From contig JAFSIN010000056.1 in assembly GCA_017439765.1 (NCBI GenBank), positions 1 to 53,968 of the forward strand: a stretch of 53,968 nt of DNA, given 5' to 3'. Numbering within the stretch: the first letter of the stretch is position 1; every line of letters begins with the position of its first letter. The stretch comes from Clostridia bacterium (GTDB lineage Bacteria > Bacillota > Clostridia > Oscillospirales > Acutalibacteraceae). Below are positions 35,227 to 44,256 of the stretch, one piece after another. Under the pieces are notes generated by a model, which did no database searches, was not told where the DNA came from, and saw only the letters and a list, made by a program, of their open reading frames with translations. A program made the translations under genes and the position numbers.

Positions 35227-36540
35227 ATGTTAAAGGTTTTAAAATTTGGAGGCAGTTCTTTAGCAAATGCCGAACAATTTAAAAAGGTTGCTCAAATTAT
35301 TAAAGCTGAACCCGAAAGGCGCTATATTGTAGCATCTGCGCCCGGTAAAAGGTTTTCTAATGACATTAAAGTTACTGACCTTTTAATTTCTTGTGCCGAA
35401 AATAATGTTGATAAAGCTAAGGAAATCTTCAAAGAGGTTGAAGCCCGTTATAACGAAATTATTAAAGGTTTAGACCTTGATTTTTCTTTAGAAGATGATT
35501 TTAATACTATTAAAAATTCTTTCGGCAATAAAAATAATTTTGATTATATTGTTAGCCGTGGTGAATATTTAAATTCCAAAATTTTGGCTAAATATTTAAA
35601 CTATAGTTTTATTGACACTGCCCAGTGCATTTTCTTTGATAATGCAGGTAATGTTGATTTTGCTAAGACCTACCCAACCATTAAAAAAATGGTAAAAAAC
35701 ACCGAATATGCTGTTTTCCCGGGATTTTATGGTGCTTATAGCAATGGTGAAGTTAAAACATTTTCACGCGGTGGCTCTGACATTACAGGTTCAATAGTTG
35801 CTGCCGGTGTTAATGCCGACATTTACGAAAACTGGACCGATGTTTCAGGCTTATTAATGGTTGACCCACGAATTGTTAAAGACCCAAAACCTGTTGAAGA
35901 AATCACCTATAGAGAATTAAGGGAACTTTCTTACATGGGCGCAACCGTTTTACATGAAGATGCTGTTTTTCCTGTTAGAAAGGCTAACATTCCAATAAAT
36001 ATTCGTAACACTAACGCTCCGCTCGATAACGGAAGCATGATTGTTAACGAACAAGAAAAACCTTCTAAACACGCCATTATTACCGGTATTGCCGGCACAG
36101 TTGGTTTTTCGGCAATTTATATTGAAAAAGACCGTATGAATGGTGAAATTGGTTTTACCAGAAAGGTTCTTGAGATTTTAGAAAAATTAAATATTAATTT
36201 CGAACATATACCTTCGGGAATAGATACAATGTCAATTGTTTTAAAAACCGAATATATTGCCGATAAAAAAGATTTAATTTTAAGTGAAATTAACAAGGCT
36301 GTTAACCCTGACACAATTTATGTTTACGATAATTTAGCATTGATTGCAGTGGTTGGCCACGGAATGCAAAGCAGCAAGGGAACAGCTTCTAAATTATTTT
36401 CTGCACTCGCTAATGCCGGCATAAATGTAAGAATGATTGACCAAGGCTCAAGTGAACTTAACATTATTGTTGGCATTGAAGAAAAAGATTATGAAAATGC
36501 CATAATTGCTATTTATAATAAATTTGTTTTTGGGGTATAA
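35227..36540 (+). CDS. lysC: Aspartate kinase
   Basis: 437 aa. KFGGSS N-terminal kinase motif and C-terminal ACT domains. Preceded by the L-box. Confidence 0.9.
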   Translation: MLKVLKFGGSSLANAEQFKKVAQIIKAEPERRYIVASAPGKRFSNDIKVTDLLISCAENNVDKAKEIFKEVEARYNEIIKGLDLDFSLEDDFNTIKNSFGNKNNFDYIVSRGEYLNSKILAKYLNYSFIDTAQCIFFDNAGNVDFAKTYPTIKKMVKNTEYAVFPGFYGAYSNGEVKTFSRGGSDITGSIVAAGVNADIYENWTDVSGLLMVDPRIVKDPKPVEEITYRELRELSYMGATVLHEDAVFPVRKANIPINIRNTNAPLDNGSMIVNEQEKPSKHAIITGIAGTVGFSAIYIEKDRMNGEIGFTRKVLEILEKLNINFEHIPSGIDTMSIVLKTEYIADKKDLILSEINKAVNPDTIYVYDNLALIAVVGHGMQSSKGTASKLFSALANAGINVRMIDQGSSELNIIVGIEEKDYENAIIAIYNKFVFGV

Positions 36541-36542
36541 AT

Positions 36543-37838
36543 ATGATTTGCAACAATATTAATATAAATAATTCGGGAATTTTAGAATTTGCCGGACAAG
36601 ATACCACCTGTTTAGCAAAAAAATACGGCACACCTTTATATTTGCTTGATGAAAATAAAATTCGCGATAATTGTAAAACCTATGTTAATGCAATGGCAAA
36701 AGCTTATGGCGACAATTTTGCCGTGTTATATGCCAGTAAGGCTAATTCTTTTAAAAAAATATATAACATAGTAAATGAAGAAAATATGTGTGTCGACGTT
36801 GTTTCGGTTGGCGAAATTTATACCGCTTTAAAGGCCGGTTACCCGCTAAGTAAAGCTTATTTTCACAGTAATAATAAAACCGATGCCGATGTTGATTTTG
36901 CCATAAAAAATGGCGTAGGTTATTTTGTGGTAGATAATGCTGAAGAACTTGATGTAATTGATGCAACAGCTAAAAAATACGGAATTTGCCAAAATATTTT
37001 GCTACGGTTAACCCCCGGTATTGACACCCACACCTACGAAGCCGTTAACACCGGCAAGGTGGATTCAAAGTTCGGCACCGCCATTGAAACCGGTCAAGCT
37101 TATAAAATTGTTGAAAAAACTTTAACTTTTAACAACATTAAACTTTGCGGTTTTCATTGTCATATTGGCTCAATGGTGTTTGATTCCGATACTTTTTTAC
37201 GTGGCGCTGACATTATGCTTGACTTTATTTATAAAGTTAAAACCGAATTAAATCTTGTAACCGAACAGTTGGATTTAGGCGGTGGTTACGGCGTAAGATA
37301 CACCAAAAATGACCCTGTAATTGATATTGAAAAAAATATTTTACAGGTTTCAGATTTTATTAAAAATAAATGTTACAAATTAAATATTACAGTGCCTAAA
37401 ATTCTATTAGAACCGGGCCGCAGCATCGTAGCCGATGCAGGTATGACATTATATACCGTTGGTACCGTTAAAAAAATTACTGGTTATAAGAATTATGTTT
37501 CGGTAGATGGGGGCATGACCGATAACCCAAGATACGCCCTTTATGGCTCTGAATACACGTTATTTTTAGCCAATAAAGCATCACAAAAATCCACTTTAGA
37601 ATGTGATGTTGTTGGCCGTTGCTGTGAAAGCGGAGATATTATTCAGCAAAATGTGCTTTTACCCGAAGCAGAGCGCGGCGATATTTTAGCCGTTTGCACA
37701 ACAGGCGCTTATAACTATTCAATGGCTATGAATTATAACCGAATTGCACGCCCACCAATTGTTATGCTTAAAGATGGCTCAAATTATGTTGCCGTTAAAC
37801 GCGAAACACTTGATGATTTAATTGCTAACGATTTATAA
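36543..37838 (+). CDS. lysA: Diaminopimelate decarboxylase
   Basis: 431 aa. PLP-binding YASKAN, GGG(Y)G and EPGR motifs, CESGD. Confidence 0.93.
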   Translation: MICNNININNSGILEFAGQDTTCLAKKYGTPLYLLDENKIRDNCKTYVNAMAKAYGDNFAVLYASKANSFKKIYNIVNEENMCVDVVSVGEIYTALKAGYPLSKAYFHSNNKTDADVDFAIKNGVGYFVVDNAEELDVIDATAKKYGICQNILLRLTPGIDTHTYEAVNTGKVDSKFGTAIETGQAYKIVEKTLTFNNIKLCGFHCHIGSMVFDSDTFLRGADIMLDFIYKVKTELNLVTEQLDLGGGYGVRYTKNDPVIDIEKNILQVSDFIKNKCYKLNITVPKILLEPGRSIVADAGMTLYTVGTVKKITGYKNYVSVDGGMTDNPRYALYGSEYTLFLANKASQKSTLECDVVGRCCESGDIIQQNVLLPEAERGDILAVCTTGAYNYSMAMNYNRIARPPIVMLKDGSNYVAVKRETLDDLIANDL

Positions 37839-37903
37839 TAAGGAATAAAAATAATCCTTCTGTCATATTCTTTACCAAAAGGAAAATGACCGGAGGATTT
37901 TTT

Positions 37904-39382
37904 ATGACAAAAACTAATATTTATAAAGATATTGCAAACAGAACAGGCGGAGATATTTATATTGGCGTTGTAGGACCTGTTAGAACTGGAAAATCCACTT
38001 TTATTAAACAATTTATGCAAAAAGTTGTTTTACCAAATATTGCTGGTGATTTTGAAAGAGAAAGAGCTCAAGATGAACTACCGCAATCTTCCGGTGGGCG
38101 TACAATTATGACAACCGAGCCAAAATTTATACCGGAAAATGCTGTTCAAATTAACTTAGACGATGTAGCAAATTTAAGTGTTAGATTAATTGATTGTGTT
38201 GGTTATATTGTTCCAAGTTCTTTAGGCTATATTGAAAATGAACAACCAAGAATGGTTATGACACCCTGGTATAACGAACCAATTCCTTTTAATATGGCTG
38301 CTGAAATCGGAACAAATAAAGTAATTAACGAACACTCAACTATTGGGTTAGTTGTTACTACTGATGGTTCTATTGGCGAGATACCACGCGAAGAATATGC
38401 CGAAGCAGAAGAAAGGGTAATAGGGGAGTTAAGGGAGATTAATAAACCATTTGTTGTTGTTTTAAATTGTTTAGAGCCAAATGCAGAATCTTCGCAAAAT
38501 TTAGCCCAACAGCTTTCTGAAAAATATGGTGTGTCGGTTATACCGGTTAATTGTTTAGACCTTAAAGATAGTGATATTTACAATATTTTAGGTAATATTT
38601 TATATGAATTTCCAATTAAAGAAATTGATGTTAATTTTCCTTTATGGATAAATAGTTTACCACTCGAACATTGGTTAAGGGCAAAGATTACCGATTCTGT
38701 TAAAGACTCTTGCCAAAAAATTAACAAAATTAGAGATATTAATCAATTTAAAAATTCAATACTTAATAATGAACACATTGAAAACACCAAAATTAAAAAT
38801 ATAAATTTAGGCAGTGGCACTGCTGAAGTTAATATTTCAATAAATAAAAATTTATTTTATAAAATATTAGAAGAATCCACAGGAATTAAAATAAACTCCG
38901 AAAAGGAATTATTGTCAACATTAATTGAACTTGCAAAAATTAAAAAAGAATATATGCATTTTAAAGATGCTTTAGATGAGGTTGAAGCAACCGGTTATGG
39001 CATTGTTATGCCTTCGTTAGAAGAATTAAAATTAGAAGAACCTGAAATAATGAGGCAGGGGGGCCGTTATGGAGTTAGACTGAAGGCTTCAGCACCATCA
39101 ATTCATATGATGAAAGCAAATATTGCCACCGAAGTTAGCCCAATTGTAGGTTCAGAAAAACAAAGTGAAGATTTGATTTTATATTTGTTGCAAGAATTTG
39201 AAGAAAATCCTGTAAAAATTTGGGATTCAAATATATTTGGTAAATCATTGCATGAACTTGTTAACGAAGGTTTACATGCAAAACTCGCACACATGCCGTC
39301 TGATGCCAGAATGCGCCTGCAAGAAACTCTGGAAAGGGTAATTAACGAAGGTTGTAATGGTTTAGTTTGTATAATTCTATAA
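37904..39382 (+). CDS. spoIVA: Stage IV sporulation protein A (SpoIVA)
   Basis: 492 aa from ATG 37904 (GGAGGA SD). NIYKDIANRTGGDIYIGVVGPVRTGKSTFIK matches the SpoIVA Walker A N-terminus. The C-terminus ends ..NGLVCIIL. Confidence 0.95.
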   Translation: MTKTNIYKDIANRTGGDIYIGVVGPVRTGKSTFIKQFMQKVVLPNIAGDFERERAQDELPQSSGGRTIMTTEPKFIPENAVQINLDDVANLSVRLIDCVGYIVPSSLGYIENEQPRMVMTPWYNEPIPFNMAAEIGTNKVINEHSTIGLVVTTDGSIGEIPREEYAEAEERVIGELREINKPFVVVLNCLEPNAESSQNLAQQLSEKYGVSVIPVNCLDLKDSDIYNILGNILYEFPIKEIDVNFPLWINSLPLEHWLRAKITDSVKDSCQKINKIRDINQFKNSILNNEHIENTKIKNINLGSGTAEVNISINKNLFYKILEESTGIKINSEKELLSTLIELAKIKKEYMHFKDALDEVEATGYGIVMPSLEELKLEEPEIMRQGGRYGVRLKASAPSIHMMKANIATEVSPIVGSEKQSEDLILYLLQEFEENPVKIWDSNIFGKSLHELVNEGLHAKLAHMPSDARMRLQETLERVINEGCNGLVCIIL

Positions 39383-39410
39383 AAAAAGCACCGCTTTTGC
39401 GGTGCTTTTA
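39383..39410. terminator. Bidirectional terminator between convergent spoIVA and the recombinase gene
   Basis: A7, GCACCGC (39388-39394) / GCGGTGC (39400-39406), then TTTT. Confidence 0.85.
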
Positions 39411-40391
39411 ATCATCTTTTTTAACATTAGCCAAGGGGTTGGAGTTAATAGCGTTTTCAATTTGTTTATTTGCAACATGTGTGTAAATTTGGGTTGTGCC
39501 AAGGTTTGCGTGGCCTAAAATTTCTTTTAAAACACGCACATCAACATTGCCTTGTTGGTACATAAGCGTTGCTGCTGTGTGTCTTAATTTATGTGTGGAA
39601 TAACCCATATTACCAAGACCCGATTTTTCTAAATAAGTTTTTACAATATGTTGTACGGTTTTATTACTGATTCTGCGCATATTGCGACTAATAAAAAGCG
39701 CATTTTTGTAATTTACAGGAACGCCTTCGTTAGGACGCACCTGTAAATATGCATTAATGGCATTAATACAAGCTTGGTTTAAATAAACAACTCTTTCTTT
39801 GTTACCTTTACCTAAAACCCTTAAAGAACCATCTGATTTAATGTCAGAAAGATTTAATCCAACCAACTCAGAAAGCCTTAAGCCACAGTTTAAAAACAAG
39901 GTTAAAATGCAATAATCTCGTTCTGAATTCTGACCTTCGACTGACCTTAATAAGTTTATAGAATCTTCTAAAGTAAGGTGTTTGGGCAAACTTTGTTTGG
40001 TTTTTGGCGATTCTAAAAGCTCGGCCGGGTTAACCTCTAATAAATGTTCTTGTAAAGTTAAATATCTAAAAAATATTCTAAGAGTTGAAGCTTTTCGAGC
40101 TCTGGTTGCAGCGTTATTGTTGCGTTCATTTTTACAATATACCAAAAATGCATAAAGGTCGGTTAATGTAACTGTTTTTAAAATATCAATATCAATTACT
40201 GAAGTATCAATTTCTTCAAACTCAATTTCAGACGATACAAGACCTTTAGTTAATAGTAGGTATCTAAAAAATGTTTGTAAATCAAAACAATATTCATCAA
40301 TAGATTTAGAAGATTTTCCTTTAATTGTTTCGTTATAAGCTAAAAAATTACGAAGTATTAAAGGTAAACTTAAAAATTGTTCGTGTTTCAA
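39408..40391 (-). CDS. Xer-like site-specific tyrosine recombinase (XerC/CodV-type candidate)
   Basis: About 327 aa from TTG 40391 (GAGGT SD). N-terminal SAM-like domain. Catalytic R (GLRLSE), HKLRHT, LGH and Y (IYTHV). No phage or ICE genes flank it. Confidence 0.8.
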   Translation of the reverse strand: MKHEQFLSLPLILRNFLAYNETIKGKSSKSIDEYCFDLQTFFRYLLLTKGLVSSEIEFEEIDTSVIDIDILKTVTLTDLYAFLVYCKNERNNNAATRARKASTLRIFFRYLTLQEHLLEVNPAELLESPKTKQSLPKHLTLEDSINLLRSVEGQNSERDYCILTLFLNCGLRLSELVGLNLSDIKSDGSLRVLGKGNKERVVYLNQACINAINAYLQVRPNEGVPVNYKNALFISRNMRRISNKTVQHIVKTYLEKSGLGNMGYSTHKLRHTAATLMYQQGNVDVRVLKEILGHANLGTTQIYTHVANKQIENAINSNPLANVKKDD

Positions 40392-40467
40392 AATAAATAC
40401 CTCAATAATAATTAATGTTAAAATAGCCAAAACGCTATAAAACGGCCTAAAAGCAATAAAACCAATC

Positions 40468-40507
40468 CCCTCAATTATACAAAATATTCATTTTGTATAA
40501 TTGAGGG
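40468..40507 (-). terminator. Perfect 18-bp inverted repeat (hairpin) after the ABC operon and 77 nt upstream of the recombinase start
   Basis: CCCTCAATTATACAAAAT (40468-40485), ATTC, ATTTTGTATAATTGAGGG (40490-40507). On the minus strand the U-rich tract starts only about 6 nt after the stem, so it is not a canonical terminator. Confidence 0.45.
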
Positions 40508-40531
40508 TTAAATTTTAAGAGGTTAAGTTAC

Positions 40532-41488
40532 CTATCTTTCCTCTCTAAAATATGGTAAGCCTAAACTTTGCGGTGGTTGATTTTTCTTTTTGCTGCGCAT
40601 ACTTGTAAATATTAAAACAATTATTGTAACAATATATGGTAGCATTTTAAATAATTCCTTACCTGCAAAGCTAACACCAGTTATATAACTGCTTGCAATA
40701 TAAAGTCCACCAAAAATAATTGAGCCAATAATAGCAAAGTTTGGTTTCCATACTGTAAAAATAACCAATGCTATGGCTAACCAACCAATATCATCAATTA
40801 CATATTCCCAGTTACCGTTTAAATAATCCATAATGAATGATAAACCACCCAAACCTGCAATTCCACAACCAATGGAAGTAGCAACATATCGATACAACGA
40901 TACATTAATACCGGCAGCGTCGGCGGTTGCAGGATTCTCCCCCACTGCACGCAGGTGTAGACCTATACGGGTGCGATTTAATATAAATGAAGTAACAACG
41001 GCAATTATAATTGCTAAATAAACCAAAACTCCGTGCGAGAAAAATACTTCGCCAAACCATCCTAATTTACTGGCAAATGGTAATGATGCCTTAAAATAAG
41101 CTGCGCCTCTAATATAAATTAAATCGGTTTTGTCAATCATATAATCTGAAATACCAACACCGAGTGTTGTTATAGCAAGACCGGTAACATTTTGGTTAGC
41201 ATGTAAAGTAACAGTTAAGAAGCTAAATAAAACGCCCATAATTGCGCCACCAATCAAGGTAGCTAACACAGGAATTAAAACAGCTAAAATTGAGTTAATT
41301 TCAAGCCCTTTAGAAACTACTGAATCAATATAAATATACTCTGCATAACAACCGCAAGAGGCTCCTACACACATTATACCGGGTATACCTAAATTTAGGT
41401 GGCCGGATTTTTCTGTAATAGTTTCTCCTGTTGAACCAAAAAGCAAGGTCATTCCAAGCCTAATAGCACTTACAATAAAAGCTAACAT
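40532..41488 (-). CDS. BMP-type (nucleoside/simple sugar) ABC transporter permease
   Basis: 318 aa. Polytopic BPD_transp_2-type membrane protein. Last gene of the SBP-ATPase-permease-permease cluster. Confidence 0.85.
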   Translation of the reverse strand: MLAFIVSAIRLGMTLLFGSTGETITEKSGHLNLGIPGIMCVGASCGCYAEYIYIDSVVSKGLEINSILAVLIPVLATLIGGAIMGVLFSFLTVTLHANQNVTGLAITTLGVGISDYMIDKTDLIYIRGAAYFKASLPFASKLGWFGEVFFSHGVLVYLAIIIAVVTSFILNRTRIGLHLRAVGENPATADAAGINVSLYRYVATSIGCGIAGLGGLSFIMDYLNGNWEYVIDDIGWLAIALVIFTVWKPNFAIIGSIIFGGLYIASSYITGVSFAGKELFKMLPYIVTIIVLIFTSMRSKKKNQPPQSLGLPYFREER

Positions 41489-42588
41489 TACTTTTCCTCC
41501 CTTCCGGATTTTGAAATTACAATTTTATAAGTTAGGAAAAATTCGCAGCCAATAATAAATAACAAAATAATACCGGTTACAATATCAGAAATAGAACTTG
41601 GTATGCTGAATTTTGTGGCAATTTGGCCAGCACCTCTGTCAAGAAATACTATTAAAAAAGATGTTAAAACCATATATATAGGGTTAAATTTAGCAAGCCA
41701 AGAAACCATTATAGCGGTAAAGCCTTGGCCGCCAACGGTTGAAGTGCTAATGGTATGGTCGGTACCGCCAACTAATAATAAGCCGGTTATACCACAAATT
41801 GCACCCGAAACCGCCAATGTTCTTATAATAACCTTTTTAACACCAATACCAATATATTTTGCTGTGTTTTCGCTCTCTCCTACTACCGAAATTTCGTAGC
41901 CGTGTTTTGAATATTTAAGGTAAATATAAACAATTACTGTAACAACAGCAACAATAATTATATTTAATAAAAATTGATACTTTCCAATAACTGGCAAACC
42001 AAATTGTGGCATTGGTTTTAAAACACCCGAGCCATCTTTTGCAAAAACCTTTAAAAAATAAGCAACTAACTGTATGGCAACATAGTTCATCATAAGGGTA
42101 AAAAGTGTTTCGTTTGTGTTCCAAATAGATTTGAAAACTGCAGGAATTAAAGCCCAAATCATACCGGCTAAAACACTTGCTGCAAGCATTATAACTAAAA
42201 GTAAAGGTAAAGGTAATTTATCTCCTAAAAACATCATAACCGAAACGGTAGCCAAACCGCCAACTAAAACTTGACCTTCGGCACCGCAATTCCAAAATCG
42301 CATTTTAAATGCCGGTGTTACAGCCAAAGAAATGCAGAGTAAAATCACAGTGTTTTGCAATGTGTTCCAAATTCTGCGGGGTGTTCCAAAAACGCCATCA
42401 AACATAGAGGCATAAACTTCTATTGGGTTTTTACCAGAAAGCATCATTATAATTATGCCCGATACAATCAAAGCAGAAATTATTGCAATAGCGCGAACTA
42501 AAATGCCAAATTGCCAAGGCAATGCATCTCGGCCACGTTTTACAACACGAATTAAAGGGGTTTTATTTTTTAAAGCATTTTTAAACAT
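41488..42588 (-). CDS. BMP-type ABC transporter permease
   Basis: 366 aa, polytopic. Start/stop overlaps with both neighbours. Confidence 0.85.
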   Translation of the reverse strand: MFKNALKNKTPLIRVVKRGRDALPWQFGILVRAIAIISALIVSGIIIMMLSGKNPIEVYASMFDGVFGTPRRIWNTLQNTVILLCISLAVTPAFKMRFWNCGAEGQVLVGGLATVSVMMFLGDKLPLPLLLVIMLAASVLAGMIWALIPAVFKSIWNTNETLFTLMMNYVAIQLVAYFLKVFAKDGSGVLKPMPQFGLPVIGKYQFLLNIIIVAVVTVIVYIYLKYSKHGYEISVVGESENTAKYIGIGVKKVIIRTLAVSGAICGITGLLLVGGTDHTISTSTVGGQGFTAIMVSWLAKFNPIYMVLTSFLIVFLDRGAGQIATKFSIPSSISDIVTGIILLFIIGCEFFLTYKIVISKSGREEK

Positions 42589-44129
42589 TATTTTTCCTCC
42601 CCTTCTGTTTCGGTCGATTTAACCATTAATAAACCAATCTCTTCTTTTTTGGCGGTTCTGCCGTCAACAATACCGGTAATTTTACCCGAGTTTATAACTA
42701 AAATTCTGTCGCAAAGTTCTAACAGAACATCTAAATCTTCGCCAACAAAAATTACGGCAACACCACTAACTTTTTGTTCGTTTAAAAGGTTATATATTGT
42801 GTATGAGGCGTTAACATCTAATCCCCTTACAGGGTATGCTGCCATTAAAACTGACGGTGAAGAGGCAATTTCACGGCCTACAAGAACCTTTTGAACATTA
42901 CCACCCGAAAGTTGCCTTACGGGAGTTGTAGCGCCTGGTGTAGCAACATTTAAATCTTTAATAATTTTATCGGCTAAATCTTTAGGTTCTTTTCGCTCTA
43001 AAAATGCCGATTTACCCTTTGTGTAGCTTCTTAGCATCATATTATCAATGATATCCATATTGCCAACAAGGCCCATACCTAAACGGTCTTCAGGCACAAA
43101 GGAAAGCCTAACGCCTAAATCGCGAATTTGTAGTGGAGTTTTATCGCGTAAATTTTCAATATTATTTGTGATTGGGTCAAAATATGTAATCTCACCCTCA
43201 GCAAGATTATGTAAACCTGCAATCGATTCCAAAAGTTCCCTTTGACCACTACCGGCAATGCCTGCAATACCTAAAATTTCACCTGAATATGCAGTAAACG
43301 AAATATCGTCTAAAACCTTACGGCCCTCTTCGTTAAAGCTCGTAATATTTTTTACTTCTAAACGAGGAACAGAATTTACAGGCTCACTACGAGTAATATC
43401 AAGACTTATTTTTTCGCCCATCATCATTTCAGTAAGCTCGGTTTCGTTGGTTTCGGCAGTATTAACGGTAGAAACATGTTCGCCCTTTCTCAATACTGCA
43501 ACACGGTCAGAAATTGATAAAACTTCGTGCATTTTGTGGGTAATGATAATAATAGATTTACCGTCTTCACGCATACGGCGAAGAACTGCAAAAAGTTTTT
43601 CTGTTTCTTGAGGGGTTAAAACAGCGGTGGGTTCATCTAATATTAAAATATCAGCACCACGGTATAAAACCTTAATAATTTCTACCGTTTGTTTTTCAGA
43701 AACCGACATATCGTAAATCTTTTTTTCTGGGTCAATAATAAATCCGTAGCGTTGTGTAATTTCTATTACCTTTTTTGTAATATTAGAAAGTTTATATTTA
43801 TTACCATCATCTACACCAAGGGCAATATTTTCAACTGCAGAAAAAACATCTACTAATTTAAAATGTTGGTGTATCATACCAATTTTTTGTTCAAAGGCAT
43901 CTTTTGGGGAACGAATTAATACCTCTTGCCCGTTTACAAAAATTTTGCCTGAATCTGGGAAATAGATACCGGCCACCATATTCATAAGGGTTGTTTTCCC
44001 GCTGCCGTTTTCTCCTAAAATAGCGAGTATTTCGCCTTTTTTAACATCTAAGCTGCAATTTTTATTGGCATAAACCCTACCAAAGGTTTTAGTTATATTA
44101 CGGCATTCTAAAGCTAAATTATTATTCAA
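42588..44129 (-). CDS. BMP-type ABC transporter ATP-binding protein (duplicated ATPase)
   Basis: About 513 aa from TTG 44129 (GGAGGTG SD). First Walker A GENGSGKTT, then a second, degenerate nucleotide-binding domain. The track start at 44189 adds an unlikely hydrophobic extension. Confidence 0.88.
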   Translation of the reverse strand: MNNNLALECRNITKTFGRVYANKNCSLDVKKGEILAILGENGSGKTTLMNMVAGIYFPDSGKIFVNGQEVLIRSPKDAFEQKIGMIHQHFKLVDVFSAVENIALGVDDGNKYKLSNITKKVIEITQRYGFIIDPEKKIYDMSVSEKQTVEIIKVLYRGADILILDEPTAVLTPQETEKLFAVLRRMREDGKSIIIITHKMHEVLSISDRVAVLRKGEHVSTVNTAETNETELTEMMMGEKISLDITRSEPVNSVPRLEVKNITSFNEEGRKVLDDISFTAYSGEILGIAGIAGSGQRELLESIAGLHNLAEGEITYFDPITNNIENLRDKTPLQIRDLGVRLSFVPEDRLGMGLVGNMDIIDNMMLRSYTKGKSAFLERKEPKDLADKIIKDLNVATPGATTPVRQLSGGNVQKVLVGREIASSPSVLMAAYPVRGLDVNASYTIYNLLNEQKVSGVAVIFVGEDLDVLLELCDRILVINSGKITGIVDGRTAKKEEIGLLMVKSTETEGEEK

Positions 44130-44153
44130 GAAGGCACCTCCAAAAATAAAAAT

Positions 44154-44206
44154 AAATTTAAATCCGATAAAGGCAAAATATATTTGCACTTATCGGGTTT
44201 AAATTT
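44154..44206 (-). other. Long intercistronic RNA hairpin between the SBP gene terminator and the ATPase SD
   Basis: 17-nt arms AAATTTAAATCCGATAA (44154-44170) / TTATCGGGTTTAAATTT (44190-44206) with one mismatch, plus an inner GCAAA/TTTGC helix. Confidence 0.6.
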
Positions 44207-44208
44207 TA

Positions 44209-44240
44209 GGAAATAGGCGGAGCAATAGCCCCGCCTATTG
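44209..44240 (-). terminator. Partial terminator after the BMP substrate-binding gene
   Basis: ATAGGCGG (44213-44220) / CCGCCTAT (44231-44238). On the minus strand it is followed by UUUCCUAAAAUUU. Confidence 0.55.
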
Positions 44241-44256
44241 TTAAAAACTTAGATAA

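Noticed and set aside
39408-40391. Tyrosine recombinase considered as the integrase of a prophage, ICE or genomic island.
   Set aside because: It is flanked by spoIVA and a housekeeping nucleoside ABC operon. There are no phage or conjugation genes, no adjacent tRNA and no flanking direct repeats. The sequence looks Xer-like rather than phage-integrase-like.
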